Positions 1 to 14,616 of a stretch of 64,000 nucleotides of DNA are shown here, one piece after another. The stretch is from Mizuhopecten yessoensis (Eukaryota). Below the pieces are notes generated by a model. The model saw nothing but the letters and a program-made list of their open reading frames with translations. It had not been told where the DNA came from and made no database searches. The DNA is taken from NCBI RefSeq assembly GCF_002113885.1, contig NW_018480062.1, positions 336,470 through 400,469 on the forward strand, read 5' to 3'. The position numbers and the translations under genes were made by a program. Within the stretch, counting starts at the first letter, position 1. Each line of letters opens with the position of its first letter.

Positions 1-350
1 GGAAAAACTTTTACATATTTTTTGATAATTTTGCTAGACACCTGATCTTTACCGGCGTTGTTCGACAGTGGTGAGATGGAAAAATACTTATTAGCGCCAT
101 TTTCTCGCGATAATTTAATTATGTCAACATAACCTCTTTGCACTATGACCATGCTCAGGAATTCATATTGAGGGGTCCAACAGCATACCGTGTGCTTTCA
201 TAAAAATAAGTTTAACAAAAAGTAATCACCCATTTATTTAAAGGAACAAGATAATATTTTAATTCGGTATTACCTAATTTTACATTTCATTCAAAATCAT
301 CAAATGAAAACTCATTTAATAACGAGTCAACACATTCAGAATTGTTTGGC

Positions 351-416
351 GACCTCAGACCACAATTAACGCTTTCGGTTCGTTGTTCACGAAAGCGTTA
401 ATTGTGGTATGAGGTC
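351..416. repeat. Near-perfect inverted repeat (27-bp arms, 12-nt loop)
   Basis: GACCTCAGACCACAATTAACGCTTTCG (351-377) matches the reverse complement of 390-416 with 1 mismatch. Confidence 0.9.
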
Positions 417-429
417 TGTGTATATGGTT

Positions 430-980
430 GCCAAACATGGTCGCTTTAAAATTGGTATTCTTGCACAATCAAAGTCGTCTTAATTATTTTTATACCGACA
501 CAACGCAAGGCGGTTGCATACTTGATGAACTTGCACAGTCAAAGTCGTATACATGTTTGAACCACAGACATAATTAAAGTCGGCCTAATGCTGGATGTAC
601 TAGCGCAATCAACGTCTTTTAAATGCTTAATATACGTACACAACCAACGGCAGCTTCACACTTGATGTACTTTCACAATCAAAGTCATACACATTTTTGA
701 AACACAGACATAATTAAAGTCGGCCTAATGCTTGATGTTCTGGCACAATCAACGTCTTTTAAATGCTTAATATACGTTCACAACCCAAGGCAGCTTCACA
801 CTTGATGTAATTTCACAATAAAAGTCGTACACATGCTTGAAACACAGACATAAGTAAAGGCGGCTTAAACCTGGATGCAGTGGCATAATCAATGTCGTCT
901 AAATGTTTGATATACCGACGTAATCAAAGACGGCTTAATGCTGGATGTATCGACAAAATGTAAGTCCTCTCAATGCTTAA
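430..980. repeat. 35-bp minisatellite organised as a 140-bp four-mer higher-order repeat
   Basis: Monomers like CACAATCAAAGTCG...; the CAGACATAA(T/G)TAAAG block recurs with TAA at 571, 711 and 851 (140-bp period). Confidence 0.85.
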
Positions 981-2149
981 CTCACTTCAGTTTGTATCGC
1001 CACTAAATATGCGTCTGTTAATGTTAACTACAACAAGTTTATACGCTTCAATGTGTGGTTTCCTGACAAAGCCAGAGTGAAATAATACCTAATTAACTGA
1101 GACAAAAAATAAAACCAACCACAATGTTACAAATAAGATAGTTAGTTTTAAAGCCAATATATCAAACTAATGGTTTTTCTGTCATTCGTATTTTACAACG
1201 TGTTGGAGAGACGCTTTTTGTATACAAATTCTAATGGTGATCACATATGTGTGTCTTAAATGTACGTTCATCTTTTAAGACGTAACCAATAATGTGCGTA
1301 TATTATTGTGGAATATATAACGAGGACGAAAAAATGTTAAAACAGGATTACTTAATACACGGCCTTCTTTTAATCTTGAGTTATGTATTCACCATAGCAT
1401 ATACGTATATATTCTGTCCTATATTTACTGTAATGAAATGTGATGTCGTGTCTATAACTCGGTACTTTATAATCCGGCACGACCATGATAAACCAATTAT
1501 CTAAATTAGTCTGTTGTTTTGCAAATGCAAACATTTGTCACGCGATGCGCTGTCTTCTTGGTTGTCCCAGGAATTGATTGGTTCTTCGGGCACATTTTTT
1601 CACCATTTTTTGCAGATTAAACGCTTGATATAAAAAAATCCTGTATTCAACTTTTTTTTTTGTATTCAATGAATCAAAAGAAAATGTGTTTCTCTTTCTA
1701 AAACAGCCACAAAAATAGGGGGTCGGTGTGCTTCTTTTTTTGTCCCATTATTATTTGTGTTATTTTTCACTTTTTTTCGGGGTCAAAAACCAAAGTGCTT
1801 CAGTTACCCTTATATGTAAAAAAAAATACCAATGATATATAACTTTCCACTTTTTTGCATATTATTTTCATCATATTAATATTATAAAGTTGAACCTGCT
1901 ACAATAAAAAGGGTGATACAATGACAATTTAAGTGATCAATCTAGTGTAAAAAAGGTAAAATTTTGGCCCATGTGAAGTGCAAGAAATTCACATTAATAC
2001 ACTTTTTCACAATGTCCGCCGAATTGGTCATTTTTTTCAAATTCTTGTAAAAAATGTTCTACACACAACAGACATCTAGTTTTTTGACATGTTTTTCAGA
2101 TCTGTGTTTGCTATTAAATCTATCATCATTTGTTAAATATTACAAAACC

Positions 2150-2640
2150 CCGTTACACCAGATCAAAACGAGACTTGAACGTGACTGAAACCTCTGAAGA
2201 GTACATCCTTATAAGTCGAACATAATTTTTGAGTCGAGACTCGACCAGTTTCTTTAAACTACTAAAGTAAGAAATTAAAATTACCAAAGTCGAACGATTT
2301 TTATCGCCTGAATTGCGACTTGAACAAATTATTTTAAACAAGGAATATTAAAATGATTAAAATCAAACAATTTGCCTGTTCCCGAGGCTCACGTAAAACT
2401 GCTTAACATATAAAGTAAGGAAATGAAACTGTCCAAGTCGAATAAGTTGGTCCGTTTCGAGGCTCTCGAAAAGTCACTTAACGAATAGAACTAAGCTTTT
2501 AATTTACAAAAGTCGCGCAAATGGTCTGTTTCAGAGCCAAAACAAAGTCGTTGTACACTGTACTTTGTAAGACAAGGTCGTGGAATCATCTAAGTCGGAC
2601 GAGCTGTCTAGCTCCATGCTCTAGCAAACTCTACAACTAA
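2150..2640. repeat. Degenerate ~74-bp tandem repeat
   Basis: AAGTCG-type anchor at 2213, 2287, (2360), 2435, 2510 with similar flanks. Confidence 0.6.
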
Positions 2641-3703
2641 AAGTTGGCATTCAATCTAGCTTTATGCCGATAAAGCTACGTTATAATTTGATTAAACAAA
2701 GCACGTGTTTGATAATTGGTCTGCGATATCACAGTTCGGTGGTCAGCATGATGTGAAGGGGTGGTACTGATATTGGTGTTACGTACACTCTATTTCAACT
2801 CCTGATGTCGGGAGGACACATGCACTATTACATAAGAAATTTTAATTCATATTCTCAGAAGCCCTTCAACTCGCGTGTCTAGCTTTCAACTGAAACATTG
2901 GCAGACGCAATAGATCAAGAGTGAGAACATCACATTATTTTACTTTGACATTAAAACAATGAAGCATTACAAAAGAACTGAATTGAACATGCATGGTAAA
3001 TTACAAAGACAAACATATTAACGGTAAAATATGGTACACATGTTATTCAGGTGCTGTTTATAACAAAAATTAACAAAAAACAACAATATGGAAAAGTCTT
3101 TAGTGACTTCTGTCTTTGAATACTGAAACAGAATTTCGAGAGTGGCGTCAAACCACAAGAAAACATGTTGTTTTACATGTATGCTTAATTTGCCTGCCTT
3201 TCCTTAATGACCATTTCCAAGTCAGGATCGGGTACTTTTCGGAACGTTACAAAAATGACGTTATTAGATCAACATTAGATTTGAGAGGTTTATAGACGCT
3301 CAAAGCTACATTAGTTTGGTTTTAAGAATCTCGTACCACTACTAAAATATTGTAACTCAGTGTCAGAAAAAGTATCGTTTTTCCCGGCATGCTTTGATAG
3401 ATTATTGCTAAAAGAACACCATACCTTGCGTGACTTTCATGATAAATAATAAAGATAAAATAAACAATATTTCATAAATCAGCGGGGCTAGACAGGAATG
3501 CAAACAGGTGGAGCTCAGATTGTTATACTCTCGTTCTAACCAATAGAGCTACTTGGTAAACGGAAGTGTACTTGCCCAGTTATATCCATACGAAAGTTAA
3601 AGGGAGGTCACTGTATATACCAAAACAACAGAGTGCCGTGCGACAATGCTCCTTAAGCCGTGCAGGGATTATGTTTGATACTACAACACATGTATTAAAT
3701 TTA

Positions 3704-4292
3704 CATTGAAGATAAGTTTAAAAGTTATCATAATTATAAATAAGTAATTCAGTACGAATTCAAGAAATACATGTCGAAAATGAAATATTTCCAATTTGAC
3801 AGCCCTTTTCATTGAAATTAAACACGGAATTTGTGGCTACATATATTTCTTTAAACCAAAAACCTTGCACTCAATTAGAAAACGATTGGAAAACGAACTC
3901 TACTTGTTCTTCTTCCAAATCCTTCGTTTTCAACAAACAAATATCTTTCACTTTACAGTTTCTTCATACTTCACAATTTAAGCCTACATATAGCTTCACT
4001 TATTCCCGTTAGCATCCAGAACACTTCTTAAAACTCATTTAATTAAAATATAAAAAATGGACGGATTCTTTTTAAAAATATTTTATTTTCACATTGAAAT
4101 TATATATACACACGTATTAACTTTACATTAAAGATAATTGGCAATTGATGCATACGTGTAATTTCACTTGTTGTCGTTAGAATATTTCATTTTTTTTTTT
4201 TACACTTTTACTTGATTTCGTACTGAATTACATCAATATGTCTATCATATGTCTATCTTTAATTATCATAACTTTTAAAATTATTTTTAATG
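3704..4292. mobile_element. Old foldback/MITE-like element with ~90-110-bp diverged inverted arms
   Basis: 3704-3790 (TAAAAGTTATCATAATT...GTAATTCAGTACGAATTCAAG...ATGAAATATT) matches the reverse complement of 4181-4292; no TSD resolved. Confidence 0.5.
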
Positions 4293-7200
4293 CTGTTATA
4301 CATATACAGCCATTGCTACCAACCAAAGCAACACAGTTACCACCGAACTATACAGACATACTCATGAATAAGTAATCCAAGTTATGATCCTATGATCACT
4401 TTGAACTTTAAATCCGTAGCAAATGTGACATACTTCGCAAAAGTTTATTTCTGAATGTTAGTGGGTCAAAACAGATTCAGAAACAGCAGTACTTCAGTTG
4501 TTATTGGGAGAGCATGGACATCCAAAATGCAATAAGTGGTCTTTAAAACCAAGCACAAAGACACGTCGAATACTAAATAAGCTTTAACTGCCCGCGAGGC
4601 AGTCTTTTGACCTAAATAGCTTGCACTATTGGGCTCTTTGATGGGTTACATATACTGTTTCGCTCGTCTTGGCATATGTCACACAAAGAGGACATTCATT
4701 CCTTTTTCAGGTTTATGCAAATTGCCTAAAATCAGGATCTTACGTAGATTACGTCTCTCACATATATCGTTAGAGTTAGACAAGTAATTAAGTGTTAGAA
4801 GCTAAGCTAATTTGGCTTGTTAGCGGATGTTATTAAGTATTGCTCCGTATATAAAAATATCGGCCAGGCAGGGTCAATTTTTCTATAAGCACGGCATTAT
4901 GAAGTAGCGTTACACATTCGAGATGGGTAGTGATAATCATTCACAGGCTTAATGAACGCGTATATAGGTCAAACGCTGTCTCGAATGAAGCGAAGAAACT
5001 AAATGATTCTTGACATTCTAAGTACAGTCATTGGAACGATCGAAATGTCTTTCAGCGCAATATCGAAAATGCTAATAAAACCCCTCCGTCGAGAGCGATG
5101 TGTTCAAGTTGGATTGGAGTAGAACATGAAGCGATGTATAGCTAGCCTGACTGGATCGTTAGTGGGTATCGTGTCAGCAACAGTTACACAAGAGGGTTCA
5201 GGTTCCTGCAACCTTCTCATCGCAATGTATTCACAGGAAACGGAAAATTGCTTTTTGATTTGCTTCGTTTTGCCTTACAATGTTGTCCACTATGACTTAA
5301 GGTTTGGATATGCCATCTGTCAATGAGCAAATGAAAATTAAAACCGAAGAGCAACCAAGTCTCAATAACGACAAAATAACAAAGGGTCGACAGCTGGACA
5401 GAAACAGTTAGAAACACACACCTCGATCTTAATGTAAGATACTAAGACTTTATATCAAATATTCCTATTTTTAGTTTGCAGCCCGACGTAACATCTAGAG
5501 GATACGGAAGAACACTGGAAAGAAAATGTCGCGCTCTTTAACACATTGAAGTTGACACGTGTTTGAGTTACTCACGTGTGTAGGTCACGAGAGATTTCTA
5601 AGCCGTTTCAAGGAACAATTTCATATTGTTACGGGGCTGATCTAATAACGAGGCGGATATAACGGATTGTCGCTTATAAACAGCCTCGACGGAAGTTCAA
5701 CAAGCCCTCTAAAGTCTCATGTGGAACATGTTATTAAGGAAGCACGGCGAGGTCGCTGTTAATGGGTCGGAATCGCGTCCTAGAGAATTCTACAATCAGA
5801 ATACAAATAAGGAACACGTAGGGTTGTACAGCAACCGGGAAGATTATGTGCGAAGTGCATTGCACTCATTGCTAATCTGAGTTTCCTCGTCCGTAATGTG
5901 TTGGAAAGACAGGCGGCAATGTGTCGGTTAGTTATACGTCCGGAACGATCTCACTGGTTACATAAAATATAAAGGAACTTTAAACACACAAAATTGCAAT
6001 GTGATAATGCTTTGCACAGCTGTTCACCCGCTATATTTTAAAATGTATTCTGGCGTCATAAATCTCTGTTTATTTTAAGTGGGTTTTTTTGTTTGAAGCG
6101 ATTAAACAGTTGTTTTTGTGGACATAATCAATATATGATTTTGTAAAAAGATAAAAGGTGTAAGCGAAGATGTGTTGATAAGTCATCAGGTTTACGTGAT
6201 TTCGCTATTCGATTTGAAATGAAACTCTGTTAATCGTAGTTTTTGGAAAGCGTCTTTTTCATCTCAAAAACGATTTTGTATGTACCACGGGACCTTTGTT
6301 GATACTTCGACTTATCACTGCATACGGCATATATAATGATACTACGACACATTTCATACTTATCCAGCGTATGATACGACGCCTCTTACAGTACTTAATC
6401 AATCAGACCTACTACTGTACCGCTACTCCCCTAATCGCCAAGACCAAGCACTGCACTTCAAAGATATGACTCTGCATTTCATATACCACTATACCTTAAA
6501 TATTTAAATTTATCTTATTTTATCTGTTATATACGCTAAACAAACCCGTACACCATGTTTAAATGTAGCCCAGTGACCTGACTTGGCAAACGTAGCTACA
6601 TATTTATCATTACAACTGACATTTGCTATCAGCAATAAGTTGGATAAGGGATATGTATACTAGTCCTATTTCTAATTGACACATGTACTTTGTTATCGGT
6701 CCTTACCGATAAACATCGTTAAGGTTTCAAATTATAAAAAAAAACGGACCAGTACCAACGGAAATGATTAAGTCGTTATATACCCTTAGCTGTTTGGATG
6801 TCGCAAGTAACCTTCCTACAGTGGCATACTGTAAATGTGTTGATCACAGTGTGTTATACACGTATCCCACGAGGTCGGTTATTGAGTTTTGAGATACATG
6901 TACATTGTACGACTGGTAAATAAATTATACTATTACTACATTCTATACTCGCATTGAGACGCTCACAGAGTAGTAAATCTTGTTTCCTATTTCTGATGAT
7001 CTTATTAGAAATTACTTTGCGACGCAGAGCGCCTATAAAATAATGTATTGTTATTTTACACGTGTAATCTATATCATGTTCTTATTGAAATACATTATTA
7101 TCACACTTCAAATATCATCAGGATGTTTCAAAGACAAGAAAGCGATGTTTTATTCTCGAATCGTTTTCTAATTAGACTTTTTGGAGTAGATGATTTTTAA

Positions 7201-8280
7201 ATACTAACCACTAAACGCAAATAAGAAATAAAGGTCAATATCATTTATAAGTAGGTAGCGTAAACGAACGTAGAGATTTTTTGTCATCATTAAAAAGTAA
7301 TTTCATTTTAACGCTGTCTGTACAAAATTAAATTAAAAAAGTAGATTACTGAAGCTTATTTCAATCTTTGCGCTTCGATCGTTAATACATTCGAATGGAA
7401 TTAACTCCAATAAAAAAAACCGAGACGGTCATTATAGAGCGTACGACCTTGGGACAAATAATTGGATGACGTCACTGGACTCGCGTTTTAATCCTACAGT
7501 CTGACACGCTCGTCTACAGTATTGGTATTGACGAAGACTAATTCGGTAGCGTTTGTTTACAGCAATAGTCTGATTAAATGATGTCAGTGAATTTCGAGCA
7601 ATGCAGAGGCGTCAATCGTTCAAGTTCTCACATTCATCATGATTTAACAGGAGCACGAACTCGATAGCTTACTGCATTCTCCAGCTGAAAACAGCTCAAA
7701 TAACGAAAACACTCATTAACAGATCATCAAAGCTATCTCCTTTAAAAAAAAGCTGTTAGATGTTTCAAAAATGTTCGTAACTTAATATTTGCAAACCATT
7801 GACCAAATTCAAAATAAACAAGAACAAACAATATCAATCTTGACTTGAATTTGTTTATTGTTTCGTAAAAGAAAAGAGTTATCGCAAGTATAGTAGTAAC
7901 GTTGTCGTTTAAAAGAAAACATTCGGTTATATCAAACATGTAAAACGCTCGATAGCTCCGTCGCATGAACTACAATAATTTTACTGATAACTTTTATTAT
8001 CAAAGACGTCAATTCTTTTTGTGTTTATTAACAATTTGTTGATAATTTAACTGATCCTATCTAAAAGTCTACATCCTAACCTTTTAATTCTTTGTGGCAT
8101 TTTTCAATTATATAAATACGTTCAATTTATTTTACTTTGATAATTCTTAACGGCCAATCATTACAGAAGAGGTCATTAGGGGGCCTATATATGAAAAGTT
8201 AATAGAACATGCTTTAGGAGATCACTAACGAAAGGGTATTTTTAAAAGACAAATGTCAATTTGAGCATTGTCTCGACACT

Positions 8281-8334
8281 TACTTGGTGAATATGTTCTG
8301 TTATTTACAATGGCAAGAGCATATTCACCAAGTA
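8281..8334. repeat. Hairpin with 19-bp arms
   Basis: TACTTGGTGAATATGTTCT / AGAGCATATTCACCAAGTA, one G-T pair. Confidence 0.8.
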
Positions 8335-8360
8335 CAACTTACATAACTGTTTTATTCTAT

Positions 8361-9196
8361 ACAAGAGGCCCATGGGTCTAAACGGTCACCTGAGTTATGT
8401 AAAAACTGATGTTATCGATGTTGCCAAATGAAAAAGAAATCCTTTTGTAACAAAGGTAATTTGAACTGCATGTAGTGCAAAAGTAGTGTGAAAGATCTGG
8501 GTAGTATATGTACTATGTACAAATAGTGGTTCTGTCAGTCAGCTGAATTATGGTAAAGCACCTTAAGACACTTCCATATATGAAGAGTATTTGATTCTTC
8601 CATATCTTGGTCTTGAAAAGAAGATTTTTGAAATTTCAGTCAATTCAACCCTTTTTGGCCCCACCAATCAGCCCCTGGGAATCAGTCAGTGCTGATTTGT
8701 GCATATCATCAAACTGCTATCCAATACTGATAAAGCTAACCAAGTTTGAATTAATTCCAATTGAAATAAAACAAATGCTGGTCCAAAATGTGATTTCCCT
8801 ATATAAACTACAGTAAAGTTCCCAGGGGGAAACGCGAGATCCCAGGGTCATGAAATTGACTATTTTGGTAAAGCCCTTTAAACCTTCCATCTATGAAGAG
8901 TATTTGATTCTACCATATCTGGATCTTGAGAAGAAGATTTTTTAAATTTTGGTCAATATGACCTTTTTGGCCCCGCCCCTCAGGCCCCTGGAGGCTGGGG
9001 ACCATATTATTCACAATTTTGGTTGACCTTCGGCCATGGAAGGTTTCTGCAAAGTTTCATTGAAATTGGTTCAGGGGTTTTGGAGAAGAAGTCGAAAATG
9101 TGAATTGTTTAAGGACGCACGACGGACGACGGACGACGCTGGACAAAAGGCGATCGCAATAGATCACTTGATAAGTATTCTCATGTGACCTAATAA
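8361..9196 (-). mobile_element. Non-autonomous Helentron-associated element (HINE / DINE-1 / pearl-like)
   Basis: Subterminal IRs GGTCACCTGAG (~8384) and CTCATGTGACC (~9180), terminal palindrome GGCCCATGGGTC next to ACAAG, GACG/GGAC microsatellite at 9113-9143, internal duplicated block (~8550 and ~8865). Confidence 0.75.
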
Positions 9197-10186
9197 CAAA
9201 TTCAATGAAAATAGTTAGTTGTTGACATGTTTTATTTTAAATCTCGATCTAAACCCTGTTGTTTCAACGCGGTCGTCATGGCTTCAAAAACTCCGTAAGA
9301 TTTTTTTTAAATTAAACGCTGCTGATGATGTCCATGTCGACGTCCTTCAAATGGCGATTCAATCCAGTGTGATGTAAGTGTTACATGGTCCTTCTTGTAA
9401 TGTTCACCGTTTTTATCCTGGGCATCTACGTAAAATTAGGTCGCACGACAAACCTTTCACCTGCAAGTTCCTTAAAACTCTAACGGCTCGTTTTGTGGCC
9501 GTTTGTGCATTGATGATTTCTATTTATTTCCAATTGTTTTGAAAATCATCTTTACTGATGGTGAAAAATCGTTGTTTAAACGAGCTGTGACCGACGCCAT
9601 TGTTGCGGTCGGATTGCCCGGATATTTAGGTTATTTCCAGGTTCTATATTTAGATTTTTTTATTCACCGGATTTCAGGAAAACCGGTAAATATCGATTTT
9701 TATTGACTGGGTTGTTAGGGAACCTTGGCCAATCAGAATCTGTTTATAAATCAGTTATATAATAAAATGTAGTATGGAGTGTAATTGCTTGTCTACGCTT
9801 TTATTTCAAATATTTTGCCGCTTTGACCTTACAGTATTTGCTATTAACGGTTAAAAATCTGTACAATGAAGTACAAAAGCATGCAGTAGCTATTGAAAAA
9901 GCACTTAGAGTTTCTTTTGGTGTGATCTTTTAGAGCAAAAGTAGTAAAGTTAAAAAATGGAAACAATTAAGTCTAGTTAAAATACAGGCCAAGGTGAGGT
10001 CAGTAAAATGTTTTGAAAGACTGTCATTTCTGTTCCTGATGATTGTGAAACAAACACATCCTGGAAATCAACAAAGGAGGTCATTTATTCAATTCAAACT
10101 GCAAAACCCTTCGTGAAACTTCCTCAATACGATCGCTACCATTGTATAGTGAAACAATGGTATTTATAGCACTATTAACTCAAGTA

Positions 10187-11628
10187 TACAAGCGGAAAAA
10201 AGAAACTGTGCATGCCTAAAATGTGTTATAAAATTAAATGTGTATGACGTAGGACAACAAGGTTTTCAGGGACAATTTATTTGTTATTTATTAACAGCTG
10301 TATTCCATTTTTCACGTTATGGAATCAATAAGTTCCTCTCAGGAGTGACGTAAACACAGCAGGGGTCAATACTGAGTTCACTAAGTTAATACCTCGTATG
10401 TCCACCGTTTGCCTTAATGCAAGCCTGGCAATGTCTACGCATGGAGCCTATCAGAGGGTTCAAGATCTGTACCAACGCTGTAGCCAAATCAGCCAACGTC
10501 ACCGGTTGATTAGGTAATGCCCGTAATCTGCTCTTCATTTCTTCCCAGACGTGTTCAATAGGCGACAGATCGGGGGATGCAGCAGGCCAGGGGAACACGT
10601 CAACGTTCTGCTGGGCCAGACAGTCCATAGCGACACGAGCTGTGTGTGGCCTGGCGTTGTCCTGTTGTAGCGTAATGTGACGTTGCTGCCCACGACGTTG
10701 GTCCGAAAGAATCTCGACACGGTAACGTAGCGCGTTCAAATTCCCGTTAACAACCACCAGAGGCGTTCTACCGTTCGGTGTGATGCCGCCCCAAATCATA
10801 ACGCTGCCTCCGCCGAAAGAACGTCGTTGTACCACACACACGTCACGGAAACGTTCTCCAACGCGACTATACACTCTAGAACGGCCGTCACTACTATCCA
10901 GGTGGACTCGCGACTCGTCCGTAAACAAAATGCGTGCCCAATCCCGTCGAGTAAATCGCAAATGCCTTCTGCACCAGTCCAGACGTGCTTCACGATGATG
11001 TGGCAGTAGAACTAGGCGGATTGCAGGACGTCGCGGACGGATAGCTCGTTCACGCAATCGGTTCCGTACAGTTCTCGGGCTTATTGGTAGCAACCAAGGG
11101 ATTGTCCGTGCAGTCAAACTTGCCGTTTGGAAGCGATTTCTCAAATGGACAAGCCGAATATGGTTGCCTGTTGACGTGGCGTCACACGATGACGTCCCGC
11201 ACGAGGTCGATCGCCGACGTGGCCAAACTGTTGATGTCGTGTCCACAAATCCCGGATTGCGTTTCGATGGAAATGAAAACGTGTAAAGACAACGGCTTGA
11301 CCCATACCAGCTTGAAGCATACCAATAATCCGGAGGCGGTCATTTTCATTGAGCCTCGGCATAGCATTAATCACAAATTAAAACGTTATAATGCTATTCA
11401 CTGGTCTCAACAAAGTGGCCCAACAGTTGAAAAATAAACTTTCATTGTCGAATTGCAAACTGGTCAACGCCTATAGAGAGCAAACTGCACGGGAAAAACT
11501 GTCAATAACACACGGATAGTGTGTATGTGTCATACTCGGTCATGCGTGTGAATTTTCATGTATATACAGTTGGTAATGCAAGTTCTATAACAATTCTCCG
11601 CATGCACAGTTTCTTTTTTCCGCTAGTA
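10187..11628 (-). mobile_element. Tc1-family (DD34E) DNA transposon, full length but defective
   Basis: 29-bp TIRs TACAAGCGGAAAAAAGAAACTGTGCATGC (10187-10215; 11600-11628, 1 mismatch), flanking TA dinucleotides (boundary ambiguous by 2 bp), internal transposase. Confidence 0.93.
10386..11362 (-). pseudogene. Tc1 transposase with a frameshift near 11165 and apparent small in-frame deletions
   Basis: N-terminal paired-like HTH MPRLNENDRLRIIGML...DRPRAGRHRVT in one frame; HIRLVHLRNRF...FTDESR...QQDNARPH...SPDLSPIEHVW...NGGHTRY in another; 34 residues between the second D and E. Confidence 0.9.
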
Positions 11629-12099
11629 TAGTAACATGTGATTTAGTTCTGCCTCTATTTTGGTATTTGTCATTTTGACGCTTGGAAGTGAGTAACAATT
11701 AACAGTGTTAAAATAATAGTTTAAGTGACTTAAATTGTTGCATTGCTGTCGTGTCATTATCGCTTCAGACGCAAAAACAGTAATAATTAGAGTGCTTTCA
11801 CAAAAAATTACTTTTTGCAGCGTAAAAATTTGGATTAAACTTCATTAAATACACATACGGGGATGACTATAAAAACAATTTGTTCAATTCCTGAGAGAAA
11901 GTAGCGTCTGTTTTTCTCGTCCAAAAGAAATTGAGTATTTATTCAAATATTTGATGAAATCATACAAATTTGACTGGATGTGAGAGGTGCTAATTACCAA
12001 GAATGTAACACTGACTACGGTAAGGAACGTTAACTATCTGATGATTTTCGAACCAGCGACTATCCTATTGATGCACATAGCAGAGACAAAAATAGATAC

Positions 12100-12334
12100 T
12101 TTATTTATTTACAACAATTATGAAACAAGTTATTTCAACTTATATTAATCACTCTTGTTGGCCCGGATGTAAGCACGCTTGGGGGTCTAATTATGGGAGG
12201 AAACCGTAGTACCCGGAGAAAAACCACTTAGTTGGGTAGGTTGCCACATACCTTTTCACGTCCGATCGGGGAATCGAACCCCTGCCGCTTTGGTGAAAGG
12301 CAAGCGCGATATCCACTGCACCACCCGACCACCC
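12100..12334 (-). mobile_element. tRNA-derived SINE with V-domain-like core
   Basis: Minus strand: A box TGGTGCAGTGG, B box GGTTCGATTCC, core TTTCTCCGGGTACTACGGTTTCCTCCCA, AAAT tail; second copy at 53161-53386. Confidence 0.85.
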
Positions 12335-14417
12335 AATACTATACCGCTAGTACTGATACTACATATTGCACATTTATTTATATAAATTTGTGTTTGACCA
12401 AACTGACAAAATGTATAATCTATATGGAAACCTTATTTTTTTATGTACATACACGCGAAAACCATCGAAGGTACATTACTAAATCTATTTTAGCCGACAA
12501 ACCCGTTAATTTGCTGGATATGCACTTAGAGGTATACGGGTTATCTGCATTCTAGTTTGTTAGGCGTATTTTTGTTTGTTTTGTATCGCTGTGATGAGTT
12601 GTTGGACATGTACTTCAGAGAACACGGGGTATCTACATTCTAATATGTTTTGAGTATTCTTTACTTGTTTTGCTCGATACATGAAATAACCCTTATGCAC
12701 CGTCTATTATCTTGTACAACTTAAATTATAGAAATGTTAACACAGCCATATGTACTATATACGTGTAGCTAATAGATATACAATACCCAGTAGACCTAAC
12801 GTGGGGCTGTATGGAATTGCCTTCTCTACAGTAATACATATACACTGTAATATAATTGGATAGATAGCCATTTAATTCTGTTTCAGCCGATCATGACACT
12901 TCCTTCGAGAAAACTCGATTGCATCAGGGCCGTTATACTGCAAAGAAAATTGACCGAAGTTTTACATCAATAAACCGCCATGTATACAGTATAATACACA
13001 GAAATTGTATTTGGGGACAGTCTGGCACATTCTCCCTCTGTTCTATTTGTTGTCGAGTACGACAGAAACGCATTGTGTTTAACAATGTTGTTGGAGTAGT
13101 TACAATGTATCGTGAAGAAGATATCTTACTCTGTAGTGTATGCCTATTGCTCATTCAATGTATTTGAAACACACACCTTTGAAAGATGAACGTTAACTAG
13201 GTTCATTTGATTGCATCTGTTAAATATGATAACAAATACAGTATGCCCAGAAAAGTACAATACAAAAATAAATAATAAAATAGAAAAAGGATACAATAAG
13301 AATATTTTGAACTGATCTTCAAAACTGATTTTAAAATTTGATATTACTCGTTTTCGATGTGAATACGGCGAGCCAAGAAGTCAAACTAAGTACTCTCACA
13401 TCGTCCAGATTATCATTATATAAAGTAAGTACTTGTAAGTAACAGATACCATAACAGCTTTATCACGTCTGATTCTATTTTTAGATATAAATGTACGACA
13501 AAAGACGAAGTATGGCAAATTATGAACTATTATTTGAATAAATTCTTTGGTAGATACCCGATTCTTTTAAGAACATCGGTCAGTTTGTCCATGAAATCAA
13601 AGAAGACAAACAACCGACCCCTGTTGAACACCGTTAATTGTTTTTAATTACACTAGAAGTGGGCAACAAACGAAAGGTCATTGTTGGATATCGATTATTT
13701 TGTCAGTGAAAGCAAAAGTAGGCAACAACTGACCCTTGTAAAATATCCGTCATAACGCCAGTAAAATCTGAAGTAGGTTATCACAGTGTGACACCATGGA
13801 TATTTTGTTGAAGTCATGGTGAAAATATCATAAATTTAAGTTACACACCCATTGCAATAGTCATTAAACGTACACATTGCAGAACAAAGCCATCCATTGT
13901 TCATTACAAATTCATCCTTGTAAGTTTCAATTATTTATCTAGGTTGTTATATCCCGAGTGATTCTGGGTCATTCCTAATTGTCCACAAAATTGACCCAGC
14001 GTCATTATCCTTCGTTTAAATTATATGTAGTAGTGTCATTATTTGTCATTATTACTTTTAATATATTTGTGGTATTTAGCTATACGCGTTCGTATGTAAC
14101 GGAAATCAGCCTTCCGTGTAATTTTGTACGTCACGCATTGCGGCAAAACTTTTAGCGCGCGCGCGGAAATAGCACGCGTAAATGCGAGTAAGGTACTGAG
14201 CGGATGTGATGTAATGTGTTGTAAACCTGTTTGTCCAGTACGTATTGTCTATGTATAGAATACCTAGTATTGAATGTAGGGTAATTTACCTGGTGCACTG
14301 GTCACTTTGAACAGAGCGGCCAGAGCGAGCACAGCGAACATTTGTACACCTATATCTTTACCTAGCCAGCATAGGAATTAAAAGAGGTAGCGGGCACTAG
14401 AGCCAAAAGCAAATAAT

Positions 14418-14616
14418 GTAAGTACTCGCGTATAAATATAAGTTTAATTCATTATAGTATCTATTCAATAATATATTTAATTAACGTAATATTTTTGTTA
14501 AAAGTAAAGTTAATATTTTGAAAGTCTTTGTAAATTTAGAAATCGGGCGTGGTCAATTTAGTAGACAAGTGATTTCGAAGAAGCAAGTTTTTAATATATA
14601 TTGTTTCCTTTTATAG
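14418..14616 (+). other. Spliceosomal intron 1 within the 5' LTR (199 bp)
   Basis: AAT|GTAAGT ... TTGTTTCCTTTTATAG|CTT; the 3' LTR reads AAATAAT|CTTACA at 22819/22820. Confidence 0.93.

Noticed and set aside
5000-5960. GC-richer, coding-looking segment with splice-like sites
   Set aside because: No sustained reading frame or identifiable homology.
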